This document shows positions 19,204 to 27,128 of a stretch of DNA of 64,000 nt, one piece after another. A model generated the notes under the pieces. It was not told where the DNA came from. It made no database searches and saw only the letters and a list, made by a program, of their open reading frames with translations. Source of the DNA: a candidate division WS6 bacterium GW2011_GWF2_39_15 (GTDB lineage Bacteria > Patescibacteriota > Dojkabacteria > SC72); the NCBI GenBank assembly GCA_000993565.1, contig LBWK01000002.1, forward strand, positions 160,620 to 224,619, read 5' to 3'. Numbering within the stretch: the stretch's first letter is position 1; each line of letters opens with the position of its first letter. The translations under genes were made by a program, and so were the position numbers.

Positions 19204-19869
19204 TTATAGTACTTGTGTATCAGGAATTTCTAGTACTCTTGCGATTCTATTTATAGCTTTAGGCATATTTCTTTTTCCCTGTCCCACTGGATAGTATGTC
19301 GGAAAAACCTGGTAATCGGATTTTATCTTTAGAAATTCATATTCGTCGTTTGGGTAGAGGCTTACACTTATTTGCTTTTTTAATAGGATAGAAGAGACTT
19401 GATTACCAAATGAAACTATTTTTTGAGGGGTTACCGCTTCGATCTCCTCGTAGACTAAATCCAAATAGTCTTTAAATACTTTGTTGTTTAAAGGTCTAGC
19501 ATTGCTTAAAGTGCATTTTGCAAGATTGGTTATATAAACCGAGTGCTCTGCAATACTTGTATAAACCTGATGTGCGAATTCCTTGTCCCATTGAGTTGGC
19601 TTTAATGCACTGATTTTGAAATAAAGAGAGGTATCCAGTAAATTAAGATCGTGGAAAATTTTCCATACTGGTTTTGTCCCGAGCCATGGAGCCCTTAATC
19701 CCTGCCAATTAGGGCTGCTTGCTATGTTTTTCCCTGTAGGATTCATAAATATAAACATGAGTTTGGGATGATTTGTCTCCCCCGCTCCATAAATTGATTT
19801 CAAATCCTGATCTCCGTACGTTACCTGCAGGTCATCAAATCTATCGTGCAAATTTAAGACTTGCTTCAT
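19204..19869 (-). CDS. Uracil-DNA glycosylase superfamily protein (divergent)
   Basis: LMFIFMNP, VYITNLAKC, EEIEAVTPQKIVSFG, PTYYP. Confidence 0.72.
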   Translation of the reverse strand: MKQVLNLHDRFDDLQVTYGDQDLKSIYGAGETNHPKLMFIFMNPTGKNIASSPNWQGLRAPWLGTKPVWKIFHDLNLLDTSLYFKISALKPTQWDKEFAHQVYTSIAEHSVYITNLAKCTLSNARPLNNKVFKDYLDLVYEEIEAVTPQKIVSFGNQVSSILLKKQISVSLYPNDEYEFLKIKSDYQVFPTYYPVGQGKRNMPKAINRIARVLEIPDTQVL

Positions 19870-19923
19870 GCTTTATTTAATCTTTGATGTAATATTAAGC
19901 TGTTCTTTAGTATAATACTATTT

Positions 19924-20601
19924 ATGAAAATTGATATTATCACAATCTTCCCTCAACAAATAGAACAATATACAGAGTTTGGTATATTTCGTATTGCTAA
20001 AGAGAAGAAAGCTGTTGATATCAATGTCCACGACCTAAGGAAGTGGACAGATGATAATCACAAAACTATAGACGATAGGCCTTTTGGCGGGGGTGCAGGT
20101 ATGGTTATGAAAGTAGAGCCAGTCTATAAAGCGATTAATGAGCTTAAAAAGAAAGGCAGTATTGTAATTGCGACTACGCCACAGGGCAAGCCCCTAAAGC
20201 AGAAGATGCTTAGGGATTTATCTAAGGAGGTAGATTGTCACTACATATTCTTGTGCGGCCACTATGAGGGATTTGATCAGCGTATAATTGATAACCTTGT
20301 TGATATAGAAATCTCAATAGGTGACTATGTGCTTTCAGGTGGCGAGCTCCCGGTACTCACTATTATTGATGGTATATTAAGGCTTCTGCCTAATGTTCTT
20401 GGGAATGAACAGTCCTCAATAAACGAATCTTTCACTGAAAATACTCTGGAATATCCTCAATATACCCGTCCAGAAGAGTTTATGGGATGGAAAGTTCCTC
20501 CTGTTCTTCTCAAAGGCAATCACAGTCAGATAGCACTTTGGCGGGATCAAAAGGCTAAAGAGATCACTTTAAAAAAGAGACCGGATATTGTAAAATCATA
20601 G
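19924..20601 (+). CDS. trmD: tRNA (guanine-N1)-methyltransferase
   Basis: DDRPFGGGAGMVM, CGHYEGFDQR, SIGDYVLSGGE, EYPQYTRP. Confidence 0.98.
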   Translation: MKIDIITIFPQQIEQYTEFGIFRIAKEKKAVDINVHDLRKWTDDNHKTIDDRPFGGGAGMVMKVEPVYKAINELKKKGSIVIATTPQGKPLKQKMLRDLSKEVDCHYIFLCGHYEGFDQRIIDNLVDIEISIGDYVLSGGELPVLTIIDGILRLLPNVLGNEQSSINESFTENTLEYPQYTRPEEFMGWKVPPVLLKGNHSQIALWRDQKAKEITLKKRPDIVKS

Positions 20602-20681
20602 AAGTTATGATTTAATCCATCAGCTGATATCTGATCCTTAGCCCGACTTCAGGTATAAGGCTAAATTTATTATTTAGTCAC

Positions 20682-21149
20682 ATGATATTTGGCAGAAAAT
20701 ACAAGATCACTTCCCAAAAGAAGAAAGATCTGGAGAAGGAGCTGAACAAGCTTGAAACCAAGGGGAGAAGCGAAATTGCAGACAGACTTGATTTCATAAG
20801 GCAACAGCCTTCCGACGAAGATGATTATCCATTTGCAGACGTTTTAGATGATAAGGAATATCTTGAGAAAAGAATCTCTGAAATAAGAAGTATTTTGAGC
20901 AACTCACAAATAATAGATGATTTAAGCAAGCACTCTGTTGTTGAGGTAGGCTCAAAAGTGAAAGTCGGTTTTGAAGGTTTTGAGGAGGAGTATTTAATAG
21001 TTTCCTCTGTAGAAGCGGATCCTCTTTCTAAGAAGATTTCCGATGAATCCCCTGTTGGTAAGTCTCTTTTGGGGGCAAAGGTAGGTGATACTATTGAGGT
21101 ACAGCTTGGTCATTTACAAAAACAATTCAGAATCCTAAATATAAGTTAA
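20682..21149 (+). CDS. GreA/GreB-family paralog with non-canonical tip
   Basis: Coiled coil plus VEVGSKV, EADP, ISDESPVGKSLLG; tip PSDEDDYPF. Confidence 0.88.
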   Translation: MIFGRKYKITSQKKKDLEKELNKLETKGRSEIADRLDFIRQQPSDEDDYPFADVLDDKEYLEKRISEIRSILSNSQIIDDLSKHSVVEVGSKVKVGFEGFEEEYLIVSSVEADPLSKKISDESPVGKSLLGAKVGDTIEVQLGHLQKQFRILNIS

Positions 21150-21170
21150 TTTATATATCATTAAAACAGA

Positions 21171-22511
21171 ATGGCAGAGATAACTATGTTTCCTTTTGAC
21201 TCAAGCTATCTTCCCAAAAGTGAGAGAGATACGTTGAAGATACTTGAAAAAGTAGGGGAACAAGTGCATAAGATATGGGAGAAACAGGTAAACCCTAAGA
21301 CAGGAGCAGTTTCTTTCTATCCTGATGATCTCAGCCGTGAAGAACTGATGGTAGCTGCCAAGAAGAACGCTAAGCTGCTCTCTCCTTATACAGTTGTCAA
21401 AAGAGACAAAAACAGGCATCTTCATGCCGTTAATTATAGAGAGGAGTATAAAAAGGAGCACGATAGAATCTGCGAACTTCTAACCCTTGCTACAAAGACT
21501 ACAAAAGAGAAGCGTCTATCCTGGTATCTGGGTCGAGTAAGCAGCCAGCTGGACAAAGGAGATTTTGATGGAGCTCTTAAAACATTCCTGACAATTCAAA
21601 ATACAAATATAGACGTTTTAATAGGTCCAATTGAATCATACAATGACAGCTTTATGGGGATAAAAAGGAGCTATCAGTACTCTCTTAGGGTACTTAGGAA
21701 CTACGAGACTCAGGAGGTTGAAGAGATGACTAAGATTGTGGGTAAACTCGGTATTCTTAAGCCTTCGAAATCTGTTGCTGCCAAACTTAAATCGGATAAG
21801 ATAAAGATAAGAGTCGATGATGTTTTAATGTTTGCAGGCAGGCAGGCAGGCAGCAGGCCGTCCAGTACAAACCTGCCTAATAATCCTGAATGGGTTGAGA
21901 AGTACGGAACTAAAATAGTTGTATATCACAACTCCCTCTTCTGGAAGTTTGAGACTCAGTTGAAGCAGTACTTGAAAACCGTTAAAAAGTTTGATGCAAA
22001 CAGAACGAAAGAGGCAATGTCACAGGCCAATTATAGATTGATTGTACTACACGAAATTGCAGAAGGAGTTGTAAAGTTTAGAGGTATGGAAAGAAGACTT
22101 GGAGAGTATATTGACGTTATTAGAGAGCTTAATGCTGACCTGTTTGGCGTCAGGAGTGCTAAATACCATGTTCTTAATGGTTTAATTTCATTAGAGCAGT
22201 ATAATGAGCTTTTGGTTGCCTTCCTGGTGTTTGCAATAAATGTCTGTCACAAAGCTAAGAAAGAAGCTTCTATTATGGTATATGCCAGAGGATTTTACCT
22301 GGCTTTTAATTACTTTGTTAAATCAAAAGCCATACTTCTTAAGAACGGCTTTATAACTATAGATTTTGCAAAACTCTCAGCAGATATTGATGTCGTTTCC
22401 AATATTATTGTAGGTCTTATGGAAAACGGTAACTCAGATGACGCCAGGAAACTGTTTGAGAGATGGGAAGATCCCACTATTGTGAATAAGCTTCCAAAGG
22501 TAGGGAAATAA
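21171..22511 (+). CDS. Peptidase M49 (DPP III)-like protein with altered catalytic motifs
   Basis: FYP, SPYTVV, IGPIESYND, NLPNN, LHEIAEG, ELNAD resemble HEXXH-type DPP III blocks. Confidence 0.7.
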   Translation: MAEITMFPFDSSYLPKSERDTLKILEKVGEQVHKIWEKQVNPKTGAVSFYPDDLSREELMVAAKKNAKLLSPYTVVKRDKNRHLHAVNYREEYKKEHDRICELLTLATKTTKEKRLSWYLGRVSSQLDKGDFDGALKTFLTIQNTNIDVLIGPIESYNDSFMGIKRSYQYSLRVLRNYETQEVEEMTKIVGKLGILKPSKSVAAKLKSDKIKIRVDDVLMFAGRQAGSRPSSTNLPNNPEWVEKYGTKIVVYHNSLFWKFETQLKQYLKTVKKFDANRTKEAMSQANYRLIVLHEIAEGVVKFRGMERRLGEYIDVIRELNADLFGVRSAKYHVLNGLISLEQYNELLVAFLVFAINVCHKAKKEASIMVYARGFYLAFNYFVKSKAILLKNGFITIDFAKLSADIDVVSNIIVGLMENGNSDDARKLFERWEDPTIVNKLPKVGK

Positions 22512-22515
22512 TTAT

Positions 22516-22540
22516 AAGGGAGTCACTTCCCTTTCTTATT
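22516..22540 (+). terminator. Terminator-like hairpin
   Basis: aaggga-gtcact-tccctt followed by T-rich sequence. Confidence 0.55.
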
Positions 22541-22543
22541 CTA

Positions 22544-22879
22544 ATGAAAAGACTAATCTGGAAAACTTTTCTAACAGTCGTTTTCCTTCTTGTCGGAATT
22601 CATTTTGTCAAAGATATTACTCAAGACATACTTTCTCTTGATACATTTCTAAATAAATTTGGGGATATCAACGAAAATATTACAAAGTTTCCTGAGTGGT
22701 TGGTTTGGTTTTATCATTGGGCAATGGTGAATACGTTTTTTGGGGAGATACTGATTCTTCTTTGTATACCTAAGTCATATATGAGAAAGAAGTTCGAATG
22801 GAAAAGAGAAGAGAAAATTATTGTGGGTACTCTTCTTTATATTGTTGTGATGTTTACGGTAGCTTATTTCTTAAGCTGA
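22544..22879 (+). CDS. Small membrane protein
   Basis: 111 aa, three hydrophobic segments, HFVKDITQDIL. Confidence 0.65.
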   Translation: MKRLIWKTFLTVVFLLVGIHFVKDITQDILSLDTFLNKFGDINENITKFPEWLVWFYHWAMVNTFFGEILILLCIPKSYMRKKFEWKREEKIIVGTLLYIVVMFTVAYFLS

Positions 22880-24159
22880 GATTCTAATTCTTCAATCCTG
22901 ACTCGTATTTGTTCCATAGTATCTCTATCTCGAACCGTTACGGTATTGTCTTCCAGTGTTTGGTAATCAATAGTGATACACTTAGGTGTTCCAATTTCGT
23001 CTTGGTATCTATACCTTTTACCAATATTACCTCTATCGTCCCACATAACCTTCATGTTCTTTCTGAGACTTTCGTAAACCTCTCGTGCCTTTCCTGTCAA
23101 CTCTTCTTTGTTTCCGACCAGTGGGAACACAGCTGCTTTGTATGCCGCTATTTCAGGCTTTATCTTCAAAACAGTTCTGACCTCTCCGTTCTCTAACTTT
23201 TCTTCTTCATAAGCATCAAAGAGCATAAAAAGGAAGGTTCGGTCTACACCACCTGAAGTCTCTACTATCCATGGGATATATTTCTCATTGGTTATTGGGT
23301 CTGTATAGGAAAGATCTTTTCCTGAGAACTTACTATGTTGCGTTAGATCATAATCGCTTCTCCAGTGTATTCCTTCGTTTTCTGCCCATCCCCAAGGAGC
23401 GAGATATTCAATATCGTAGGCATCTTTTGCATAGAAAATGAGCTTCTCCTTAGGGTGCTGATAGAATCTCAAGTTCTCTGATTTCCTGTAGAGATCTTTA
23501 AAGAAAGACATCCTTTGCTCCTTCCAATACTCAAACCATTTTGCCATATCATCCGGATGTACAAAGAACTGAAGGTCCCACTGCTCAAACTCCCTTGTCC
23601 TAAATGTGAATTTATTAGGAGTGATTTCATTTCTAAATGCTTTACCTATCTGAGCTATACCAAAGGGAACCTTAACTCTTGAAGAATCAACAACATTTTT
23701 AAAATCTAGGTAGATAGTCTGACAGGCTTCACCTCTTAAATATGCCTGCACCTTATCACCTTCAATCACACCTATCTCAGTTTTGAAGAGCATGTTGTAT
23801 TTTCTTGACTCTGTGAAATCTATACTCCCGCATTTAGGACACTTCCCTTCAATATCCTCCGGTCTAAATCGCTGATGGCACTTTTTGCATTCGATTACTT
23901 CATCGGCAAATCCTGTCACATGGCCTGACGCTTCCCATACCTTTGGATGAGTGATAATAGTTCCATCGATACCTACGACGTCATCTCTGTCATCAACCAT
24001 AAACTTCCACCAATGTCTTTTGAGATTGTTCTTCATCTCAACACCTATAGGTCCGTAATCATAGAATCCTCCTATACCCCCGTAGATTTCAGAGTTTGGG
24101 AAAAGTATTCCTCTCCTTTTAGAGAGAGATGTAACTTTAGATAGAAGGTCTTGTTCCAT
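22864..24159 (-). CDS. glyQS: Glycine--tRNA ligase (homodimeric alpha2 type)
   Basis: SEIYGG, YDYGP, WEASGH, AQIGKAFRNEI, FRTREFEQ, IGKRYRYQDEIGTP. Confidence 0.96.
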   Translation of the reverse strand: MEQDLLSKVTSLSKRRGILFPNSEIYGGIGGFYDYGPIGVEMKNNLKRHWWKFMVDDRDDVVGIDGTIITHPKVWEASGHVTGFADEVIECKKCHQRFRPEDIEGKCPKCGSIDFTESRKYNMLFKTEIGVIEGDKVQAYLRGEACQTIYLDFKNVVDSSRVKVPFGIAQIGKAFRNEITPNKFTFRTREFEQWDLQFFVHPDDMAKWFEYWKEQRMSFFKDLYRKSENLRFYQHPKEKLIFYAKDAYDIEYLAPWGWAENEGIHWRSDYDLTQHSKFSGKDLSYTDPITNEKYIPWIVETSGGVDRTFLFMLFDAYEEEKLENGEVRTVLKIKPEIAAYKAAVFPLVGNKEELTGKAREVYESLRKNMKVMWDDRGNIGKRYRYQDEIGTPKCITIDYQTLEDNTVTVRDRDTMEQIRVRIEELESQLKK

Positions 24160-24298
24160 ATAAAAAATCCTAATATAACTGGGAAAGTATAACTAAAATT
24201 ACATCTGTTTTCAAATTAATTCCCTTAATTTGACATCTTCCTTTACCTTTTTACGCTCGGGGAGTACAAATAAATAGCTAATATCAAGAAAGGAGGTA

Positions 24299-24850
24299 AT
24301 GACGCAGAAACCGTTAAATATACAACGGGAAATACCTACTACCACTGCTCGATTCCAAGACTTCCTGTTCCAACTCCAGGCAATGCAGGACTATATTTTT
24401 AATGATTCGGCAATCACGAACTTTGTTGAGCACGGGGTTATAGATCATTCCGGACGGTTAAGAAGAATGTTTGAAATAATATCTGATTTGCGCTGGAGGG
24501 AAGGACAAAGAATAGATCGTGTAATGTATTGTTTCTGTGAAGACGGGGACAATAATATTTTTATTATTAAAGGCAGGAAAGACACAAGATGCTATGCTTT
24601 TTATACCGATAAAGATAAGATTTTCAACATGGCGATTGCAAATACACTTCCGGATTTCTGCTTTGAAGACTTTGCTATTGCTTTACAGCAGGCTGAGCGA
24701 AAAGAAAGAGTCTTGGCAGATTACCAGGGGCAAAGAATTGAGGCATTCAAACTCGTTAGGTTAAGTGAGAGCGGTATTATTAGTGCGGTTGACAGTGAAA
24801 GCCTCTCGGAGGTAATCATCCCGCGTTACCTAACTGCGGTCGCCGACTAA
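24299..24850 (+). CDS. Hypothetical protein (orphan)
   Basis: 183 aa; SD AAGGAGGT just upstream and TTGACA at 24230. Confidence 0.65.
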   Translation: MTQKPLNIQREIPTTTARFQDFLFQLQAMQDYIFNDSAITNFVEHGVIDHSGRLRRMFEIISDLRWREGQRIDRVMYCFCEDGDNNIFIIKGRKDTRCYAFYTDKDKIFNMAIANTLPDFCFEDFAIALQQAERKERVLADYQGQRIEAFKLVRLSESGIISAVDSESLSEVIIPRYLTAVAD

Positions 24851-24912
24851 GATATTTTCCTTACTTTTGGGAAGTAGTATACTTGTAGTATATAACTTAC
24901 TTTTTAATTCCT

Positions 24913-25431
24913 ATGCCACAAAAGAAAAAGGCTGAGAAACAGCAGACGGATACAGGACACACAGCGTCATCGAAGAGACTTTACAGATCGAGAACGGATA
25001 AAATGATTGGAGGCGTGTGCGGTGGACTTGGAGAGTATTTTAATATAGATTCAACGCTCATCAGGATTATATTTGCACTTCTGCTTGTTACAGGTGGCTC
25101 GGGTTTTTTAATATACGTAGTTTTGTGGGTTGTAATTCCGGAAGAAGGGAGTACCCAGAAGAATTCAGAAGAGGTTATTAAAGATAATAGCCGGGAGATA
25201 GAAGAAAAGGTAAAATCGGTTGCACAGGGTTTTGAAGGATTTACCAAAGAAAGAAACACTAAAGTATGGATCGGCATAGTAATTATATTTGTAGGCATAT
25301 ATCTCACGCTTGGGAGTTTAGGACTTTCTCGATTTTTTGATTTGGGTTGGTACATATCAAAATTATGGCCGCTATTTATCATCCTCTTAGGAGTACTAAT
25401 TTTAGTAAGGAATTCAGATGGAAAAAAGTAA
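24913..25431 (+). CDS. PspC-domain membrane protein
   Basis: KRLYRSRTDKMIGGVCGGLGEYF...YVVLWVVIPEE; C-terminal LWPLFIILLG TM. Confidence 0.9.
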   Translation: MPQKKKAEKQQTDTGHTASSKRLYRSRTDKMIGGVCGGLGEYFNIDSTLIRIIFALLLVTGGSGFLIYVVLWVVIPEEGSTQKNSEEVIKDNSREIEEKVKSVAQGFEGFTKERNTKVWIGIVIIFVGIYLTLGSLGLSRFFDLGWYISKLWPLFIILLGVLILVRNSDGKK

Positions 25432-26395
25432 AACTACGGAAAGAATCTCCGGAGCTATTTTCTTGATCTTTATTGGGTTTCTCTTCTTGATGATTAATCT
25501 GGGCTATTTTTCATTTAGCGATCTCTTTACCTTTTTCTTTGCTATCTGGCCGATTTTTATTGTAATTATTGGTATTAAAATAATACTGAGCATTTTACCT
25601 TTTGGCCGGTGGATCAATATAGTAATTGATGTGGTTGTTGATATCGCTATAATAATGGCTTTAATACTCGGATATAATGCGAAAATCAACTGGAAGATTC
25701 CCGATGTAGTTGTTATCGGGAATGCGGCAGACCAGAAAGATATTAATGGGACGTTAGATGTAAAAAAGAGTGAGTATTCTGAAGTGGAAAGAGTCAATTA
25801 TGTATTTGAAATAGGAGTGGCGGAGTTTTCAATTCATGAATCGAATCAGGATGACTACCTTCTAACCACCGGTGAATATAACAAAAGAATTTTCTCTCCT
25901 GAAGTTAAATCCGAGAAGTCAGGTAATAACCTAGATATTGAGTTTACTCAGAAAAGTACAAGAGGAACAGTGATTCACCCTTGGAGAATAATTACAGACT
26001 TCAAATTCAAGACAGCGTCTCTGTTGCCGTTTACATACGATATTAAAGTTGGTGCTGGAAAAGGTGAAGTAGATATCAACTCTGACAATGTTGAGGAGAT
26101 GAAGATGGATGTTGGTGCTGGTGAAATGGTTGTTAATATAAACGAGAAGGTAGGAAGTGATCTGGATCTGAATGTTGGAGCAGGGAAAGTTAAAATCTTT
26201 CTTCCGAAAGGATCGGGTTATATTATTGACTACAATGTAGGTGTCGGTGATCTCTCGGTATTTAGAAATAAGGAGAAGAAGTCGGTAGGAGGATTAGGAA
26301 ATAAAGGAACGATTAAGGTTAATGACAACGCAGAAAAACTTCTAAAAATGGATATAAATATTGGTGCAGGAAGTGTTGAGATTGAAGAGAGATAG
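25418..26395 (+). CDS. LiaF/LiaG-like envelope-stress protein (TM region plus beta-solenoid)
   Basis: IWPIFIVIIG TM motif; repeated VGAG/VGVG beta repeats. Confidence 0.75.
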   Translation: MEKSKTTERISGAIFLIFIGFLFLMINLGYFSFSDLFTFFFAIWPIFIVIIGIKIILSILPFGRWINIVIDVVVDIAIIMALILGYNAKINWKIPDVVVIGNAADQKDINGTLDVKKSEYSEVERVNYVFEIGVAEFSIHESNQDDYLLTTGEYNKRIFSPEVKSEKSGNNLDIEFTQKSTRGTVIHPWRIITDFKFKTASLLPFTYDIKVGAGKGEVDINSDNVEEMKMDVGAGEMVVNINEKVGSDLDLNVGAGKVKIFLPKGSGYIIDYNVGVGDLSVFRNKEKKSVGGLGNKGTIKVNDNAEKLLKMDINIGAGSVEIEER

Positions 26396-26557
26396 CCGGA
26401 TAGAAGTGTCCCTAATACCTGATATTTACTAAAGGCCTTTTATCTTGCCTAGTTAGGATCGTATCTATCTTTGTTGGAGCCTCTGTCTGAATTGTGTTCA
26501 TCTGCATTTAATCTCGATGGTTTACAATATAAAATATCTAACTTATCATCTACCTAT

Positions 26558-26812
26558 ATGTTAACCAAAAAAGATATTCAAATTCTAAGAGAGGTGTTTT
26601 TTGAGCCGATAGATAAACAGTTTCAAGAAATTCGGGATATATTAAGAGATCATAACCAAAGAATAATGAGCCTTCAGGATACCATTGTAGGAATTGATCA
26701 GTATTTAAACGGTGAACTCAAACTACTGCTTCGATCTATTGAAAACAATTTGAATAGACATGAACTTATGATTCAGAATCATGAGAAAAGACTGAAGGCT
26801 ATTAATGCTTAA
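26558..26812 (+). CDS. Small coiled-coil hypothetical protein
   Basis: MLTKKDI...HEKRLKAI; ATG 26558 preferred, TATCAT 8 nt upstream. Confidence 0.65.
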   Translation: MLTKKDIQILREVFFEPIDKQFQEIRDILRDHNQRIMSLQDTIVGIDQYLNGELKLLLRSIENNLNRHELMIQNHEKRLKAINA

Positions 26813-26835
26813 ATATTTTCATTCCTTCTTCTTAG

Positions 26836-26844
26836 TGCTATAAT
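26836..26844 (+). promoter_or_regulatory. Extended -10 promoter (TGcTATAAT) of the lysS leader
   Basis: Perfect TGnTATAAT just before T-box stem I. Confidence 0.8.
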
Positions 26845-26851
26845 CCCGTTT

Positions 26852-27102
26852 AATACGCTGAAGAGGAAAGGTACTTCGAGAGTATTTAAGTGAACCCTGT
26901 TAAGTGTAAAAGGGTAATACTAAGAAGAGATCTCAAGACCTCTGAGTATCAGGAAGATCCCGCTAGTCTATAGAAATAGAGGGGGTAGAACCTGACGTGT
27001 CACTTACGATACAGAGTAGGAATGAGAGCAAAAGAAGGTGGTACCGTGTTATATACACCCTTCATAAGTATTCTTGACTGAATATTTATGAGGGGTGTTT
27101 TT
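26852..27102 (+). promoter_or_regulatory. T-box riboswitch, Lys-specific (transcription antitermination)
   Basis: Stem I base TGAAGAGG/CCTCTGA; AAG specifier at 26935-26937; T-box GAAGGTGGTACCGTG at 27034-27048; antiterminator gaagg-[TGGTACC]-gtgt/acac-ccttc. Confidence 0.9.
27055..27102 (+). terminator. T-box attenuator terminator
   Basis: acacccttcataagtattc-ttgact-gaatatttatgaggggtgt plus T run; overlaps the 3' arm of the antiterminator. Confidence 0.9.
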
Positions 27103-27128
27103 GTATTTAACATATTATATAAATAACT

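Noticed and set aside
19109-19294. 61-aa ORF over tRNA-Glu (likewise 51743-51928 over tRNA-Pro)
   Set aside because: Overlaps a clear tRNA gene; spurious.
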